64,000 nt of DNA from Candidatus Daviesbacteria bacterium GW2011_GWA1_41_61 (GTDB lineage Bacteria > Patescibacteriota > Microgenomatia > Daviesbacterales > UBA10151): positions 8,002-72,001 of the forward strand of contig LCBT01000004.1 in assembly GCA_000997385.1 (NCBI GenBank). The letters are read 5' to 3'. Positions within the stretch are counted from its first letter, which is position 1; the number at the start of each line of letters is the position of its first letter. Positions 36,835 through 46,597 of this stretch are shown here, in pieces. The notes under the pieces were generated by a model, which worked only from the letters and a program-made list of their open reading frames with translations, did not search any database and was not told the DNA's origin. The position numbers were made by a program, and so were the translations under genes.

Positions 36835-39042
36835 TTACTTTTTCTCTTTAAGCTTAACTCCTGCAATAATCATAGCCTCAATGAAAGATTGTCTACCTTC
36901 TGCAGTAACAACGTCTATAATCTTAGATATATTCTTTCTTTTTTCAAAATATTCGGGGTGTTCTTGCTCTAACCTAGCCTTTACCTGCAAGGCTATTGAA
37001 GATAGTCGAGATTCCCTACCCGTAAAAATTAGATGTAGGATGGACTGCGTTAGTGGCAAATCTGCTTCACGAACTTGCTGAATAGTAGTGTCTTTTAGTT
37101 TTTCCCCTGCAGCTACCATTGCGTTAATAAATATTTGTCTACCTTCAAAGGTGACTGCGTCTACTATAAAAGACCCGTTCATTCTTTTTTTAAAATATTC
37201 AGGGTACTCGCTCTCTAATCTCTCTTTTACCTCTTTAACTCTTAGTGATAACCTTGTTCCATCACCTATAAAAACCAATTTTACACTCTCCCATGTTAAA
37301 GCCATATCTGTATCCTTAAGTTCCTGGATATCTTTGTCTTGCAGCGCTATACCCGCGGCTAACATTTCTTCAATAAAAGCTTGTTTGCCTTCAAGGGTAA
37401 CGATTGAGATCACATTCGGCCCACTCCTTCTTTTAGAAAAATATTCTGGATGCTCAGTTTCCATTCTTGTTTTTACTTGTAGGGCCAGAGGAGATAACTT
37501 CTCAAACCCGCCCCTAAAGACCTCTGTCAAACCAGCATGCGATAGTGGGATTTCTCCAGCTATAACATCTATTAGTAACCCCTTCCCAAGATCTGAAATA
37601 TCTACCGAGTCGCCTTTCCTTCTTATGTTTTGCACTACATCAAGTTCAGTTAATCCTGCAATGTCCTGCTCGGGCCCAAGGTATAATAGACCACTCGGTA
37701 GTTGTCTAACACTTCCTTTCATCCACATACCCATGTTATATGACCAGCCATATTGATTGGTTTGGTAGAGGAAGTCTAGATTAAGACCAAATAATTTACC
37801 TTCAAAGCGGCGAGCTAGTCTTCCAACGTATTGGGTATAACGTAGGTCGGAATCGGTAGGAGAAGCCCAAACTAAAACTTCAGTAAATGGAGCATCAAAT
37901 CCTTCTGATGCAACATAGGGAGATATTAAAACCTGAATGGAACGAGGGTCGCTTTGTGCAAGTTTATATCTTTCAATAGTGTCGAGAGCTGGAATTTCCT
38001 CATTATGAATTTGTCTTGCAGCTTGCTGGTTGACAGCAACACCTACCTTAATACCTTTAGCATTTAGAAGTTGTGCCAATTCTTGAGCCTCCCAGACAAA
38101 GTTTACAGCCACAACAGTTTTGTATTCTTTTTCACCATCTCTGATGATATTTGCAACCTTATCTGCAATAAATGGCCTCAGTTCTGGACTTTTCTTTAAA
38201 ATTTGCTCGAGCTTTCGATAATCAATCTGTCCATTTAGTTTAGTGGGGATCTCTTCTACTAGACCTGTTGTATTAATTTGCATTCCCAAAAGAGGAGGAA
38301 GTAATCTTGACTCTTGTGCTTCGGGCAAAGGGAAATTATAAGCAACCTCAAAACCATATTGTTCTGGCCTCTTCATTTGACCACTGTGTCTGTGGGGAGT
38401 AGCAGTGAACCCTATTACATTTGGGAATTGACAAACTGCGGAAGCTCGTTGAGCGGTTCCGATATTGTGAACCTCGTCAACAATCACTAAATCAAATTCT
38501 GCTGGATCAAGCTGACCTCTTTTGTAGGCTGATTGAATAGTTTGGATTGTTGCCACTCTCACATCGACGTCTTTATCCTTAAATCTTCCTACCCGATAAA
38601 ATGGAAGATCCTCTTGTTCGATTTCAAGAACTTCCTCGACGTCCTCTGTTTCTGTGGTATCTCTTTCTAACTCCTCTGACTCAGTATAGTCAACATAGTC
38701 AACACCACCATTAGATTCTTCTTGATACCTTATTAAAGCAGCATGCGCTTGTTGCACTAAAGTCAACTTTGTTCCGGCGATAAAAAGTACTCTTGCTCCA
38801 GGGTTTCTGCTTCTCCATCTTTCAATAACTTCATGCTCAACCCTTGTTTTACCGATACCTGTTGCCATAGCAGCGATAGGAAAATGGCTGCCTACTTCTC
38901 TTCTCTCAAGATGATCTAAAACTGTCTGAGCTGCCTCATACTGTTTTTGGTCTAACAGGGTTTGTAAATCTGGGGTCAGAAGACCATCTCCACCAACCTC
39001 ACCTGTCAAGCCACGAATTTTTTGCTCACCACTTCTTTCCAT
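36835..39042 (-). CDS. SF2 DEXH helicase (ResIII/Irc3-like) with three 82-aa C-terminal repeats
   Basis: MATGIGKT, VDEVH, GFTATP, SEGFD.P, QYVGRLAR; ATG 39042 lies 7 nt after TATAAT. Confidence 0.85.
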   Translation of the reverse strand: MERSGEQKIRGLTGEVGGDGLLTPDLQTLLDQKQYEAAQTVLDHLERREVGSHFPIAAMATGIGKTRVEHEVIERWRSRNPGARVLFIAGTKLTLVQQAHAALIRYQEESNGGVDYVDYTESEELERDTTETEDVEEVLEIEQEDLPFYRVGRFKDKDVDVRVATIQTIQSAYKRGQLDPAEFDLVIVDEVHNIGTAQRASAVCQFPNVIGFTATPHRHSGQMKRPEQYGFEVAYNFPLPEAQESRLLPPLLGMQINTTGLVEEIPTKLNGQIDYRKLEQILKKSPELRPFIADKVANIIRDGEKEYKTVVAVNFVWEAQELAQLLNAKGIKVGVAVNQQAARQIHNEEIPALDTIERYKLAQSDPRSIQVLISPYVASEGFDAPFTEVLVWASPTDSDLRYTQYVGRLARRFEGKLFGLNLDFLYQTNQYGWSYNMGMWMKGSVRQLPSGLLYLGPEQDIAGLTELDVVQNIRRKGDSVDISDLGKGLLIDVIAGEIPLSHAGLTEVFRGGFEKLSPLALQVKTRMETEHPEYFSKRRSGPNVISIVTLEGKQAFIEEMLAAGIALQDKDIQELKDTDMALTWESVKLVFIGDGTRLSLRVKEVKERLESEYPEYFKKRMNGSFIVDAVTFEGRQIFINAMVAAGEKLKDTTIQQVREADLPLTQSILHLIFTGRESRLSSIALQVKARLEQEHPEYFEKRKNISKIIDVVTAEGRQSFIEAMIIAGVKLKEKK

Positions 39043-39096
39043 GAGGCTAATTATATCAGAAGGTATTAGAGCATACAAATTATAGGATATCTGACT

Positions 39097-39126
39097 TCCG
39101 GCTTCACCGGCAGAGTAGAACACTAA
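39097..39126 (+). repeat. direct repeat copy 2 (displaced fusA 3' end; attR-like)
   Basis: TCCGGCTTCACCGGCAGAGTAGAACACTAA, 29/30 identical to copy 1. Confidence 0.9.
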
Positions 39127-39169
39127 TATTGGTGTTGACTAAACGTACGGAATAACGTACAATACCCTC

Positions 39170-39367
39170 ATGACTACAGTTTCTGCCACAACTGCCAGAG
39201 AAAAATTATATGATCTCATTGAAGAGGTGAATAGGTCTGGGAAAATGATTGGTATTACTAACAGGGGGGTGTTAAAAGCTGTATTGATTAGTCAAAAGGA
39301 ATACGAGTTCATGGTGAATATTGTTTTTAAGATATCAAAAAGAGAGTTAAAAAATGTAAGATTTTAG
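39170..39367 (+). CDS. Phd/YefM-family antitoxin (orphan)
   Basis: MTTVSATTAREKLYDLIEEV...ITNRG..KAVLIS..EYE; promoter TTGACT-17-TACAAT containing two AACGTAC repeats. Confidence 0.8.
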   Translation: MTTVSATTAREKLYDLIEEVNRSGKMIGITNRGVLKAVLISQKEYEFMVNIVFKISKRELKNVRF

Positions 39368-39368
39368 A

Positions 39369-39920
39369 GTGGCTCAATCTAATTTCTGGACCATTGCTGA
39401 CAATTTACCACCAAGACCTGATTGTTTAGTAGTTATATCCTACTCTGTTAAAGATAAAAGTGAACCTACAAGACAAACCAAAGCTTTAATAAAAGAAGCT
39501 TTTGGATGGTGGAAAAAATTTCCCCAAGCTAAAATTATTATGTCTACTGGAGATAATCAGGGACTAGGATTGCCTAATTCTAAAGTCATGGCAGACTATG
39601 GTGTTAGTCTAGGTCTTCCCAGGAAAAATATTATTGAGGAGGAGAAATCTCAAGATACTTATGAGAACCTACTTTATTCCAGGAAGATTATTCAAAAAGA
39701 GGGGTTTAAACAACCTACCTTAGTAGTTTTAGATCTTCATAGTAGAAGAGCTCTAGCCCTAGCCAGAAAGTTGAGCTGGAAAAATTTCTACTGGATAACT
39801 GTTTTTAGTCAAGGTGAATCAGGATATGGGAAAAAAGCTCTCCAGACTTCCTCCCGCCCTGTGATCTTAATCTATGAGATGCTAGCTTATGTTTATAATA
39901 TGCTAAAAGGAGAGTTATAG
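39369..39920 (+). CDS. YdcF/DUF218 family protein
   Basis: IIMSTG, IIEEEKSQDTYENL, LHSRRA. Confidence 0.8.
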   Translation: MAQSNFWTIADNLPPRPDCLVVISYSVKDKSEPTRQTKALIKEAFGWWKKFPQAKIIMSTGDNQGLGLPNSKVMADYGVSLGLPRKNIIEEEKSQDTYENLLYSRKIIQKEGFKQPTLVVLDLHSRRALALARKLSWKNFYWITVFSQGESGYGKKALQTSSRPVILIYEMLAYVYNMLKGEL

Positions 39921-39971
39921 TCTTTATAAATCAGATCTTGCTTTTTTGAGAGAAATAGTGTAAAAATAAGA

Positions 39972-40022
39972 TGCAAATTAAGAAACTTAATTTGCAGACC
40001 CGCTTGTGGAAAGTGGGTTTTT
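39972..40022 (+). terminator. tandem hairpins ending in an intrinsic terminator
   Basis: TGCAAATTAAG/CTTAATTTGCA 11-bp stem, then ACCCGCTT/AAGTGGGT plus T-run. Confidence 0.65.
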
Positions 40023-40159
40023 AATGGGCTTGAAATGTAGGACTTGATTTTTCAAGTAATCTTGTTTAAACTACTTTATCAAGTAAGAGGTTGTGCTGGA
40101 TGATTTGGCAGTACAAACTTTAGAAAAAATAAAGGAAAAGTCCAAATCATCCAAAATAT

Positions 40160-41344
40160 ATGGCAGAGGCAAAAAAATTTGAAAGAACCAAACCGCACGT
40201 GAACATTGGTACCATGGGTCATGTTGACCATGGTAAGACCACTTTAACGGCGGCTATCATGACAGTGTTGGCCGGTAAGGGAATGGCCCAGAAGTCTTCT
40301 GTTGATGATATTGATAACGCTCCTGAAGAGAAGGCCCGCGGTATTACTATTAATATTTCCCACCGCGAATATGAGACCGAAAAGAGACATTATGCTCACA
40401 TTGACATGCCGGGTCATGCTGATTACATCAAAAACATGATTACCGGCGCTGCTCAAACGGATGGAGCTATTTTGGTAGTTTCGGCTCCCGATGGCCCAAT
40501 GCCCCAAACTCGAGAGCATTTACTCTTAGCCAGACAGGTAGGGGTTCCAGCAATTGTAGTTTACCTAAACAAAACTGACCAGGTTTCTGATCCCGAACTT
40601 TTGGAACTGGTGGAAGAAGAGATCCGCGATCTTTTGGCCAAATACCAATTCGATAAAAACTCCCCCATTATTAAAGGTTCAGCTTTGAAGGCCTTAGAAG
40701 GTGACACGGAAGCTGTTAAATCTATTGAAGAGCTGATGAAAGCTGTTGATGAGTGGATCCCTACTCCTACCCGGGATGTTGATAAACCATTCCTGATGGC
40801 TGTAGAAGATGTTTTCTCTATCAAGGGAAGAGGAACTGTTGTTACAGGGAGGATTGAAAGAGGTAAAGTTAAGATTAACGAGGAAATTGAAATTGTAGGA
40901 ATCAGACCAACGAAGAAAAGCGTTGTGACTGGAGTAGAAATGTTTCATAAAATGCTGGATGAAGGTCAAGCTGGAGATAATGCCGGGATACTTCTTCGGG
41001 GTATTGAAAAAGATGATGTGGAGCGTGGTCAGGTTTTAGCTAAACCGGGCTCAATCACACCCCACTCTGAATTTGAAGCTGAAGTTTATGTCCTTTCTAA
41101 GGAAGAGGGTGGAAGACATACCCCGTTCTTTAAAGGCTACAGACCGCAATTCTATATTAGAACTACTGATGTGACCGGTGAGGTTATCTTACCGGAAGGT
41201 CTGGAGATGGTTATGCCGGGTGATACTACTAAGATGAATGTTAAGTTAATTACTCCGGTAGCTATGGAGGAGGGGTTAAGATTTGCTGTCCGGGAGGGTG
41301 GTAAGACCGTTGGAGCTGGAGTCATTACTAAGATTCTTAAATAA
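40160..41344 (+). CDS. tuf: elongation factor Tu
   Basis: [37 protein letters not shown]. Confidence 0.98.
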   Translation: MAEAKKFERTKPHVNIGTMGHVDHGKTTLTAAIMTVLAGKGMAQKSSVDDIDNAPEEKARGITINISHREYETEKRHYAHIDMPGHADYIKNMITGAAQTDGAILVVSAPDGPMPQTREHLLLARQVGVPAIVVYLNKTDQVSDPELLELVEEEIRDLLAKYQFDKNSPIIKGSALKALEGDTEAVKSIEELMKAVDEWIPTPTRDVDKPFLMAVEDVFSIKGRGTVVTGRIERGKVKINEEIEIVGIRPTKKSVVTGVEMFHKMLDEGQAGDNAGILLRGIEKDDVERGQVLAKPGSITPHSEFEAEVYVLSKEEGGRHTPFFKGYRPQFYIRTTDVTGEVILPEGLEMVMPGDTTKMNVKLITPVAMEEGLRFAVREGGKTVGAGVITKILK

Positions 41345-41446
41345 GAATCTTGCGATAGTTCCGCCGATAAATAAACGAAGTTTGTAAATCGGCGTAGTAA
41401 CTATCTAAAAATTAATAAGTAGTATATTCCTGAATGAGGTTTGACC

Positions 41447-41472
41447 AAAAAGGGCCGCAAAGGCCCTTTTTT
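41447..41472. terminator. intrinsic (bidirectional-type) terminator after tuf
   Basis: AAAAAGGGCC-GCAAA-GGCCCTTTTTT. Confidence 0.8.
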
Positions 41473-41538
41473 GATGTTTGAGTGTTTTGTGGCTATTTTT
41501 GTGATATAATGTTCGCACCTTAATAGGTTTACTATACT

Positions 41539-41850
41539 ATGGCTAAAGGACGAGTCAGAATCAAACTTAAAAGTTATGACCATCGGGTTTTAGATGGCGC
41601 TTCAGAGCAGCTTTTAGACACTGCTTTACGTACCGGTGCCAAAATTGTTGGTCCGATCCCCCTTCCTACTAAAACAGAAAAGTTTACTGTTATCAGAGGT
41701 ACCTCTTCTAACGCAAAAAATTCCCAAGAAGCATTTGAAATTAAAACCCACAAAAGATTGGTGGAAATCGTTGAACCTACAGAAAAAACTATTGATGCCC
41801 TAATGCATCTAGAGTTACCCGCCGGTGTTGACATTGAAGTTAAGATGTAA
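41539..41850 (+). CDS. rpsJ: 30S ribosomal protein S10
   Basis: RIKLKSYDH, GPIPLPT, THKRL, LPAGVDIE. Confidence 0.97.
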   Translation: MAKGRVRIKLKSYDHRVLDGASEQLLDTALRTGAKIVGPIPLPTKTEKFTVIRGTSSNAKNSQEAFEIKTHKRLVEIVEPTEKTIDALMHLELPAGVDIEVKM

Positions 41851-42090
41851 CTTCTCTTCACACTTTGGCCCTTTGTTCCAGCCAAAGGAGAGATCCTTTT
41901 CCTAATCAAGATAGTTGCATTTTGAGCGTAGTTCATGGTAGAATCTTTTCTAGGCCATGCAAATGGTAAAAATTTAAACTGGCTTTAAAAAAATCAGTAG
42001 ATCGCGCGTCGGAAAAAGATACGGCGACTCAAAATAGCGAGATACTGAGTGAGAGTCTGAGAGAATTGGACCTCACTCTTTTTCTTGGCT
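41851..42090 (+). ncRNA. candidate structured cis-regulatory RNA between rpsJ and rplC
   Basis: Several stems, an 8-bp long-range helix, and a final hairpin with T-run. Confidence 0.45.
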
Positions 42091-42103
42091 AAAAAGGAGA
42101 AAG

Positions 42104-42889
42104 ATGATGATAGATACTTTACTTGGTGTTAAAAAATATATGACTTCTACCTATGATGCTCGGGGACGCCGGGTAGGTGTAACCGTGATTGAAGTCCAGC
42201 CTAACATGATAACTCAGATCAAGAGTGATGACAGCAAAGATGGCTATCAGGCTGTGCAGCTGGGATATGGAGCTAAAAAATCAGTTAAAAAGCCTCAGCT
42301 AGGGCATTTAAAGAAAGCTAAAGTAGCAGGGAGACTCAGATGGCTTAAAGAGATCAGAGGTGAAGAGAAAGGTGCGTCTTTAGGTGAGCAAATTGAAGTA
42401 AGCAAGATCTTTAAAAAAGGCGATGCGGTTAAAGTAAGCGGTCTTAGTAAAGGCCGGGGTTTTCAAGGAGGAGTTAAAAGATATGGTTTTGCCGGAGGTC
42501 CTAAAACTCATGGTCAATCAGATAGGCACCGGGCTCCAGGATCAATTGGTTCAGGAACAACTCCAGGCAGGGTTCTAAAAGGTAAAAGAATGGCTGGACA
42601 TATGGGAGCTTCCCAAGTTTCCGTCCGGGGTTTGGAAGTGATATCAGTAGACAAGCTGAATAATTTTTTGGTAGTCAAAGGTGGAGTTCCGGGACATCCA
42701 GGAGCTTTGCTGAGGATCCAAAATATCGGTAAGATTAAAGGATATACTCCACCGCCTGAGGAAAAAGAAGATGAAGAGGAATCCGACGCTAAAGCTTTGG
42801 CGGACAAAGGAGATGAAGTGGCTGAGACAAGAGAGCCTGTGGAAGTTATAAAAGAGGAAGGATCTGAGGAGGGAACCGAAAATGCCTAG
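42104..42889 (+). CDS. rplC: 50S ribosomal protein L3
   Basis: DGYQAVQLG, SKGRGFQGGVKR, HRAPGSIG; acidic tail. Confidence 0.97.
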   Translation: MMIDTLLGVKKYMTSTYDARGRRVGVTVIEVQPNMITQIKSDDSKDGYQAVQLGYGAKKSVKKPQLGHLKKAKVAGRLRWLKEIRGEEKGASLGEQIEVSKIFKKGDAVKVSGLSKGRGFQGGVKRYGFAGGPKTHGQSDRHRAPGSIGSGTTPGRVLKGKRMAGHMGASQVSVRGLEVISVDKLNNFLVVKGGVPGHPGALLRIQNIGKIKGYTPPPEEKEDEEESDAKALADKGDEVAETREPVEVIKEEGSEEGTENA

Positions 42890-43595
42890 AACCAAGAAGG
42901 AAACTAAACAAGAAGTCTCTGAGGGAAGGACAAAAAGGACTACTAAATCAAATGATTTGACAGTCACAACTTATTCTTTAAAAGGCCAGGAAGTGGGGAC
43001 AGCTGACCTGCCAAAAGAAATTTTTGGGGGTAAAATCAATAAAGCACTTTTGGCTCAGGCAGTAAGAGTGTACCTAAATAACTTAAAGGGGCACTTCTCT
43101 CATACTAAAACCCGAAGTGAAGTTAAAGGGTCTACCCGGAAAATCCGGGTCCAAAAAGGCACCGGAGGCGCCCGCCATGGTTCTATCCGCGCTCCAATTT
43201 TTGTCAAGGGAGGAGTGGCTTTAGGCCCAAAGTTTAGAAAAGTGGAATTTAAGCTGCCTAAAAAGATGAAAAGAGCTGCCTTGATTTCCGCCCTCTCTGA
43301 TAAGGCTAAAATGGGTGAAGTCTTGGTTTTACAAGGTGTGGAAAAGGTTTCCGGGAAGACTAAACAGATGCAGGAGCTTTTAGACAAATTGTCTAAGCAG
43401 AATATCTTAATTGTCAATGAGGGGAAAAATGAAATGCTGATGCGGTCAGTGAGGAATTTGCCAACTATTAAAGCTATAGCTTTTGACCAGCTTAATGTTT
43501 TGGAGATTGTAGCCCATCAAACAGTGCTGTTTACTAAAGAAGCAGTAGAGAAACTTGAATCTAAGATGGTGGGTAAAGAAAAGGAGTCAAAGTAA
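42882..43595 (+). CDS. rplD: 50S ribosomal protein L4
   Basis: TKTRSEV, QKGTGGARHGS.RAP. Confidence 0.97.
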   Translation: MPRTKKETKQEVSEGRTKRTTKSNDLTVTTYSLKGQEVGTADLPKEIFGGKINKALLAQAVRVYLNNLKGHFSHTKTRSEVKGSTRKIRVQKGTGGARHGSIRAPIFVKGGVALGPKFRKVEFKLPKKMKRAALISALSDKAKMGEVLVLQGVEKVSGKTKQMQELLDKLSKQNILIVNEGKNEMLMRSVRNLPTIKAIAFDQLNVLEIVAHQTVLFTKEAVEKLESKMVGKEKESK

Positions 43596-44008
43596 TGGAG
43601 ATCGTTTTAAGAAAACCAGTAGTGACGGAAAAATCAATGAAGTTGGCTGCTTTGGGCTGGTACACCTTTGTGGTAAATAAAAAAGCCCGTAAGCCAGTTA
43701 TTGCCAGGGCTGTAGAAGAATCCTTCGGGGTCAATGTAGCGGAGATAAAAACTACCACCTTTAAACCTGAAACAAAGATGCAAAGATCCAAACGCCATCC
43801 TTATCAGGTTCCAGGATATAAAAAAGCTGTGGTTAAGCTTAAAGAAGGACAAAAAATTGCTTTGTTTGAAACAGAAACCGGAGATAAAGAGGAAAAATCT
43901 ACTCCAGAAGTTAAAGAGAAGAAAAGCTTACTTAAAGGAACAAAAGTGAAGATAGAAAGAGGCGGAAAAGAGAAGGAGACCGAAGTGGGAGGAGAAAGGA
44001 ATGTCTAA
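43595..44008 (+). CDS. rplW: 50S ribosomal protein L23
   Basis: PVVTEKS, YTFVV, YKKAVVKL; charged tail. Confidence 0.95.
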   Translation: MEIVLRKPVVTEKSMKLAALGWYTFVVNKKARKPVIARAVEESFGVNVAEIKTTTFKPETKMQRSKRHPYQVPGYKKAVVKLKEGQKIALFETETGDKEEKSTPEVKEKKSLLKGTKVKIERGGKEKETEVGGERNV

Positions 44009-44858
44009 AAATATGGCTTTAGCGCAGTATGAGCGAAGCTCTAAACTGGTCGCTTACAAGGAAAAAACTAATACCAGAAGGTTTACCTCAAAGCTTTTAA
44101 GACCTGCTAAAAGCGGTCAGGAAATAAGGGGTTTAAGGGTTATTTTACCCAAAAAGAGCGGTCGTTCAGGCGGTAAAATTACGGTGCGTCATCAAGGAGG
44201 CCGGCACAAAAGACAATACCGTCTGATAGATTTTAAGCGGGGCAAATGGGGAATTGAGGGCACAGTGGCAGCTTTAGAGTATGACCCAAACCGTAATGTC
44301 AATATCGCTTTGGTAAAGTATACTGATGGAGAGTTTCGCTATATTCTGGCTCCCCAGGGGCTGAAAGCAGGGTCTAAGGTCGAAGCTGGAAATAAGGTGG
44401 AGGTTAAGGTTGGTAATGCCATGAAATTAAAGAGTTTGCCGGTGGGAACGGTTGTTCATAATGTTGAACTGACGCCGGGCAAGGGAGGCCAAATTGGCCG
44501 CAGCGCTGGTACTTCTTTAACTTTGCAAGCTAAACAGGCACCCTTTGCACACTTGAAAATGCCTTCAGGTGAGATTAGAATGGTTCCTTTAGAATCTGTG
44601 GCAACTGTTGGGGTATTAGGAAATGAGGAATGGAAGCATCTTAAGTTTGGAAAAGCGGGAAGAGTAAGGCATATGGGTATCCGCCCGACAGTCCGGGGAA
44701 CTGCCCAAGACCCGCGTTCTCATCCTCATGGAGGTGGTGAAGCTCGCTCTGGAGTGGGAAGAAAGAAACCAATGACCAAATATGGCCGGCCAGCAGTAGG
44801 GAAGACCAGGCAGAAAGGAAAACTGAGTAATAGATTCATAATAAAGAGACGCCGTTAA
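44001..44858 (+). CDS. rplB: 50S ribosomal protein L2
   Basis: RHQGGRHKR.YR.IDF, EYDPNR, HPHGGGE. Confidence 0.97.
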   Translation: MSKNMALAQYERSSKLVAYKEKTNTRRFTSKLLRPAKSGQEIRGLRVILPKKSGRSGGKITVRHQGGRHKRQYRLIDFKRGKWGIEGTVAALEYDPNRNVNIALVKYTDGEFRYILAPQGLKAGSKVEAGNKVEVKVGNAMKLKSLPVGTVVHNVELTPGKGGQIGRSAGTSLTLQAKQAPFAHLKMPSGEIRMVPLESVATVGVLGNEEWKHLKFGKAGRVRHMGIRPTVRGTAQDPRSHPHGGGEARSGVGRKKPMTKYGRPAVGKTRQKGKLSNRFIIKRRR

Positions 44859-44876
44859 AAAAAGGAGATAAAAATT

Positions 44877-45158
44877 ATGGCACGAAGTTTAAAAAAAGGA
44901 CCGTATATAGACGAAAAATTAATGAAAAAAATAATGGCTCAAAAAACTGGGCAAAAATCGCCTATTAAAACTTGGGCTAGATCTTCCCAGATTGCTCCCG
45001 AGTTTGTGGGGCATACTTTGATGATTCACAATGGGAGGAATTTTATCTCAGTATTTATTACTGAATCAATGGTCGGTCACCGGGTGGGAGAGTTTGCTCC
45101 CACCAGGACTTTTAAGGGACATGGGAAGATGACTGAAAAATCGACATCAAAAACATAA
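44877..45158 (+). CDS. rpsS: 30S ribosomal protein S19
   Basis: [21 protein letters not shown]. Confidence 0.97.
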   Translation: MARSLKKGPYIDEKLMKKIMAQKTGQKSPIKTWARSSQIAPEFVGHTLMIHNGRNFISVFITESMVGHRVGEFAPTRTFKGHGKMTEKSTSKT

Positions 45159-45167
45159 GGAGAGATT

Positions 45168-45533
45168 ATGGAAATTGGACACACACAAAAATATATACAT
45201 ACTTCGCCTAGGAAACTGAAGCTGGTAGCAGATATGGTCAGATCAATGGAACCGCTTAAGGCTATAAAAATTTTGGAGATGACCAATAAAGCTGCGGCCT
45301 TATCTTTGGCTAAAGCCATTAAAACCGCTGTGGCTAATGCCAGGCAGCAAAAATTGCCGGAGGAGGGCCTTTCTTTTAAGAGTTTAGAGATTAATTCTGC
45401 TTCAACCAGAAGGGGTGTTACAGGCCGTTTTCATGCCCAAGCTAGAGGCCGGGTCAGCCCTTATAAAAAAAGACAAAGCCATATCAGAATAATTTTAAGT
45501 GACGAAGGAGGCAGCAATGGGTCAAAAAATTAA
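45168..45533 (+). CDS. rplV: 50S ribosomal protein L22
   Basis: SPRKLKLVAD, AVANA, ARGR...SHI. Confidence 0.95.
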   Translation: MEIGHTQKYIHTSPRKLKLVADMVRSMEPLKAIKILEMTNKAAALSLAKAIKTAVANARQQKLPEEGLSFKSLEINSASTRRGVTGRFHAQARGRVSPYKKRQSHIRIILSDEGGSNGSKN

Positions 45534-46158
45534 TCCGGTAGGCTTTAGAATGGGGGGAACGGCCTTTTGGCAGTCCCGGTGGTTTGCGGATGATAAAAAA
45601 TACCGGCAGTTTATTGCCGAGGATATGAAAATCCGCAACCTTTTAATGAAGAAACTCCGGCCTGCCGGAGTGGCCAGGGTTGAAATAGAGAGATCGATCA
45701 ATAAAGTGAAAATTATTATCTTTGTGGCTCGACCGGGAGTACTTATTGGCCGGGGTGGGACCGGGCTTTTAGATCTGAAGAAGTTGTTGATGAAACAGCT
45801 GGATATAAAAAATGAGAATACTTTAGAGGTAATGCCGATGGACGTCAAATCACCGGATCTGTCAGCATACCTCGTGGCTCAGAATGTGGTTGAGCAACTA
45901 ATTAGAAGACTTCCCGCCCAACGGGTGATGAATCAGACGATAGAAAGAGTGATGCGGGCTGGTGCTAAAGGCGTTAAGGTAGTTTTATCGGGGAGGATCG
46001 GCGGAGCGGAGATTGCCAGACGGGAAAGGAAAGCAGCTGGAACAATGCCGCTTCACACCCTGCGCCAGGATATTGATTTTGCTTCTGTCCCGGCTTTAAC
46101 TAAATCTGGATATGTTGGGGTAAAGGTTTGGATTAATAAGGGGGAGGCGGAGGTTTAA
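45517..46158 (+). CDS. rpsC: 30S ribosomal protein S3
   Basis: [36 protein letters not shown]. Confidence 0.97.
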   Translation: MGQKINPVGFRMGGTAFWQSRWFADDKKYRQFIAEDMKIRNLLMKKLRPAGVARVEIERSINKVKIIIFVARPGVLIGRGGTGLLDLKKLLMKQLDIKNENTLEVMPMDVKSPDLSAYLVAQNVVEQLIRRLPAQRVMNQTIERVMRAGAKGVKVVLSGRIGGAEIARRERKAAGTMPLHTLRQDIDFASVPALTKSGYVGVKVWINKGEAEV

Positions 46159-46159
46159 T

Positions 46160-46591
46160 ATGGCACTACTGGTTCCAAGTAGAGCAAAATTTAGAAAAGC
46201 TTTTCGGGGCAAGAGAAAAGGTTTGGCTAGCCGGGGAAATGCTTTATCTTTTGGCAGCTTTGGCTTAAAGTCTGAAGAAGCTGGGTGGATCTCTTCCCGT
46301 CAACTTGAGGCTGCCAGGAGGGCTGTGACCCATTATACCGCCCGAGGCGGGAGGCTCTGGATCCGCTTATTCCCCGATAAGCCGGTGACTAAACATCCGG
46401 CTGAGGCAAGAATGGGGTCTGGTAAGGGGGTAGTGATCGGATATGTGGCGGTGGTCAAACCAGGGAGTTTGATCTTTGAAATGGGAGCGGTTTCCGAAGA
46501 GGTAGCCAGAGAAGCCTTAAGATTAGCTTCTCATAAGCTACCGATTAAGACACATTTTATCAGTAACATTAATTTAAAAAAAGAAAGCTAA
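46160..46591 (+). CDS. rplP: 50S ribosomal protein L16
   Basis: QLEAARR, FPDKPVT, RMGSGKG. Confidence 0.97.
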   Translation: MALLVPSRAKFRKAFRGKRKGLASRGNALSFGSFGLKSEEAGWISSRQLEAARRAVTHYTARGGRLWIRLFPDKPVTKHPAEARMGSGKGVVIGYVAVVKPGSLIFEMGAVSEEVAREALRLASHKLPIKTHFISNINLKKES

Positions 46592-46597
46592 ATAGCG

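Larger units (their letters stand above)
36800..39126. mobile_element. integrase-less helicase cassette bounded by direct repeats
   Basis: A 30-bp duplication brackets a single antisense gene between fusA and tuf. Confidence 0.6.

Noticed and set aside
39043-39123. N-terminal 27 aa of the helicase ORF in the track
   Set aside because: It runs through the promoter and the direct repeat; ATG 39042 after TATAAT is the better start.
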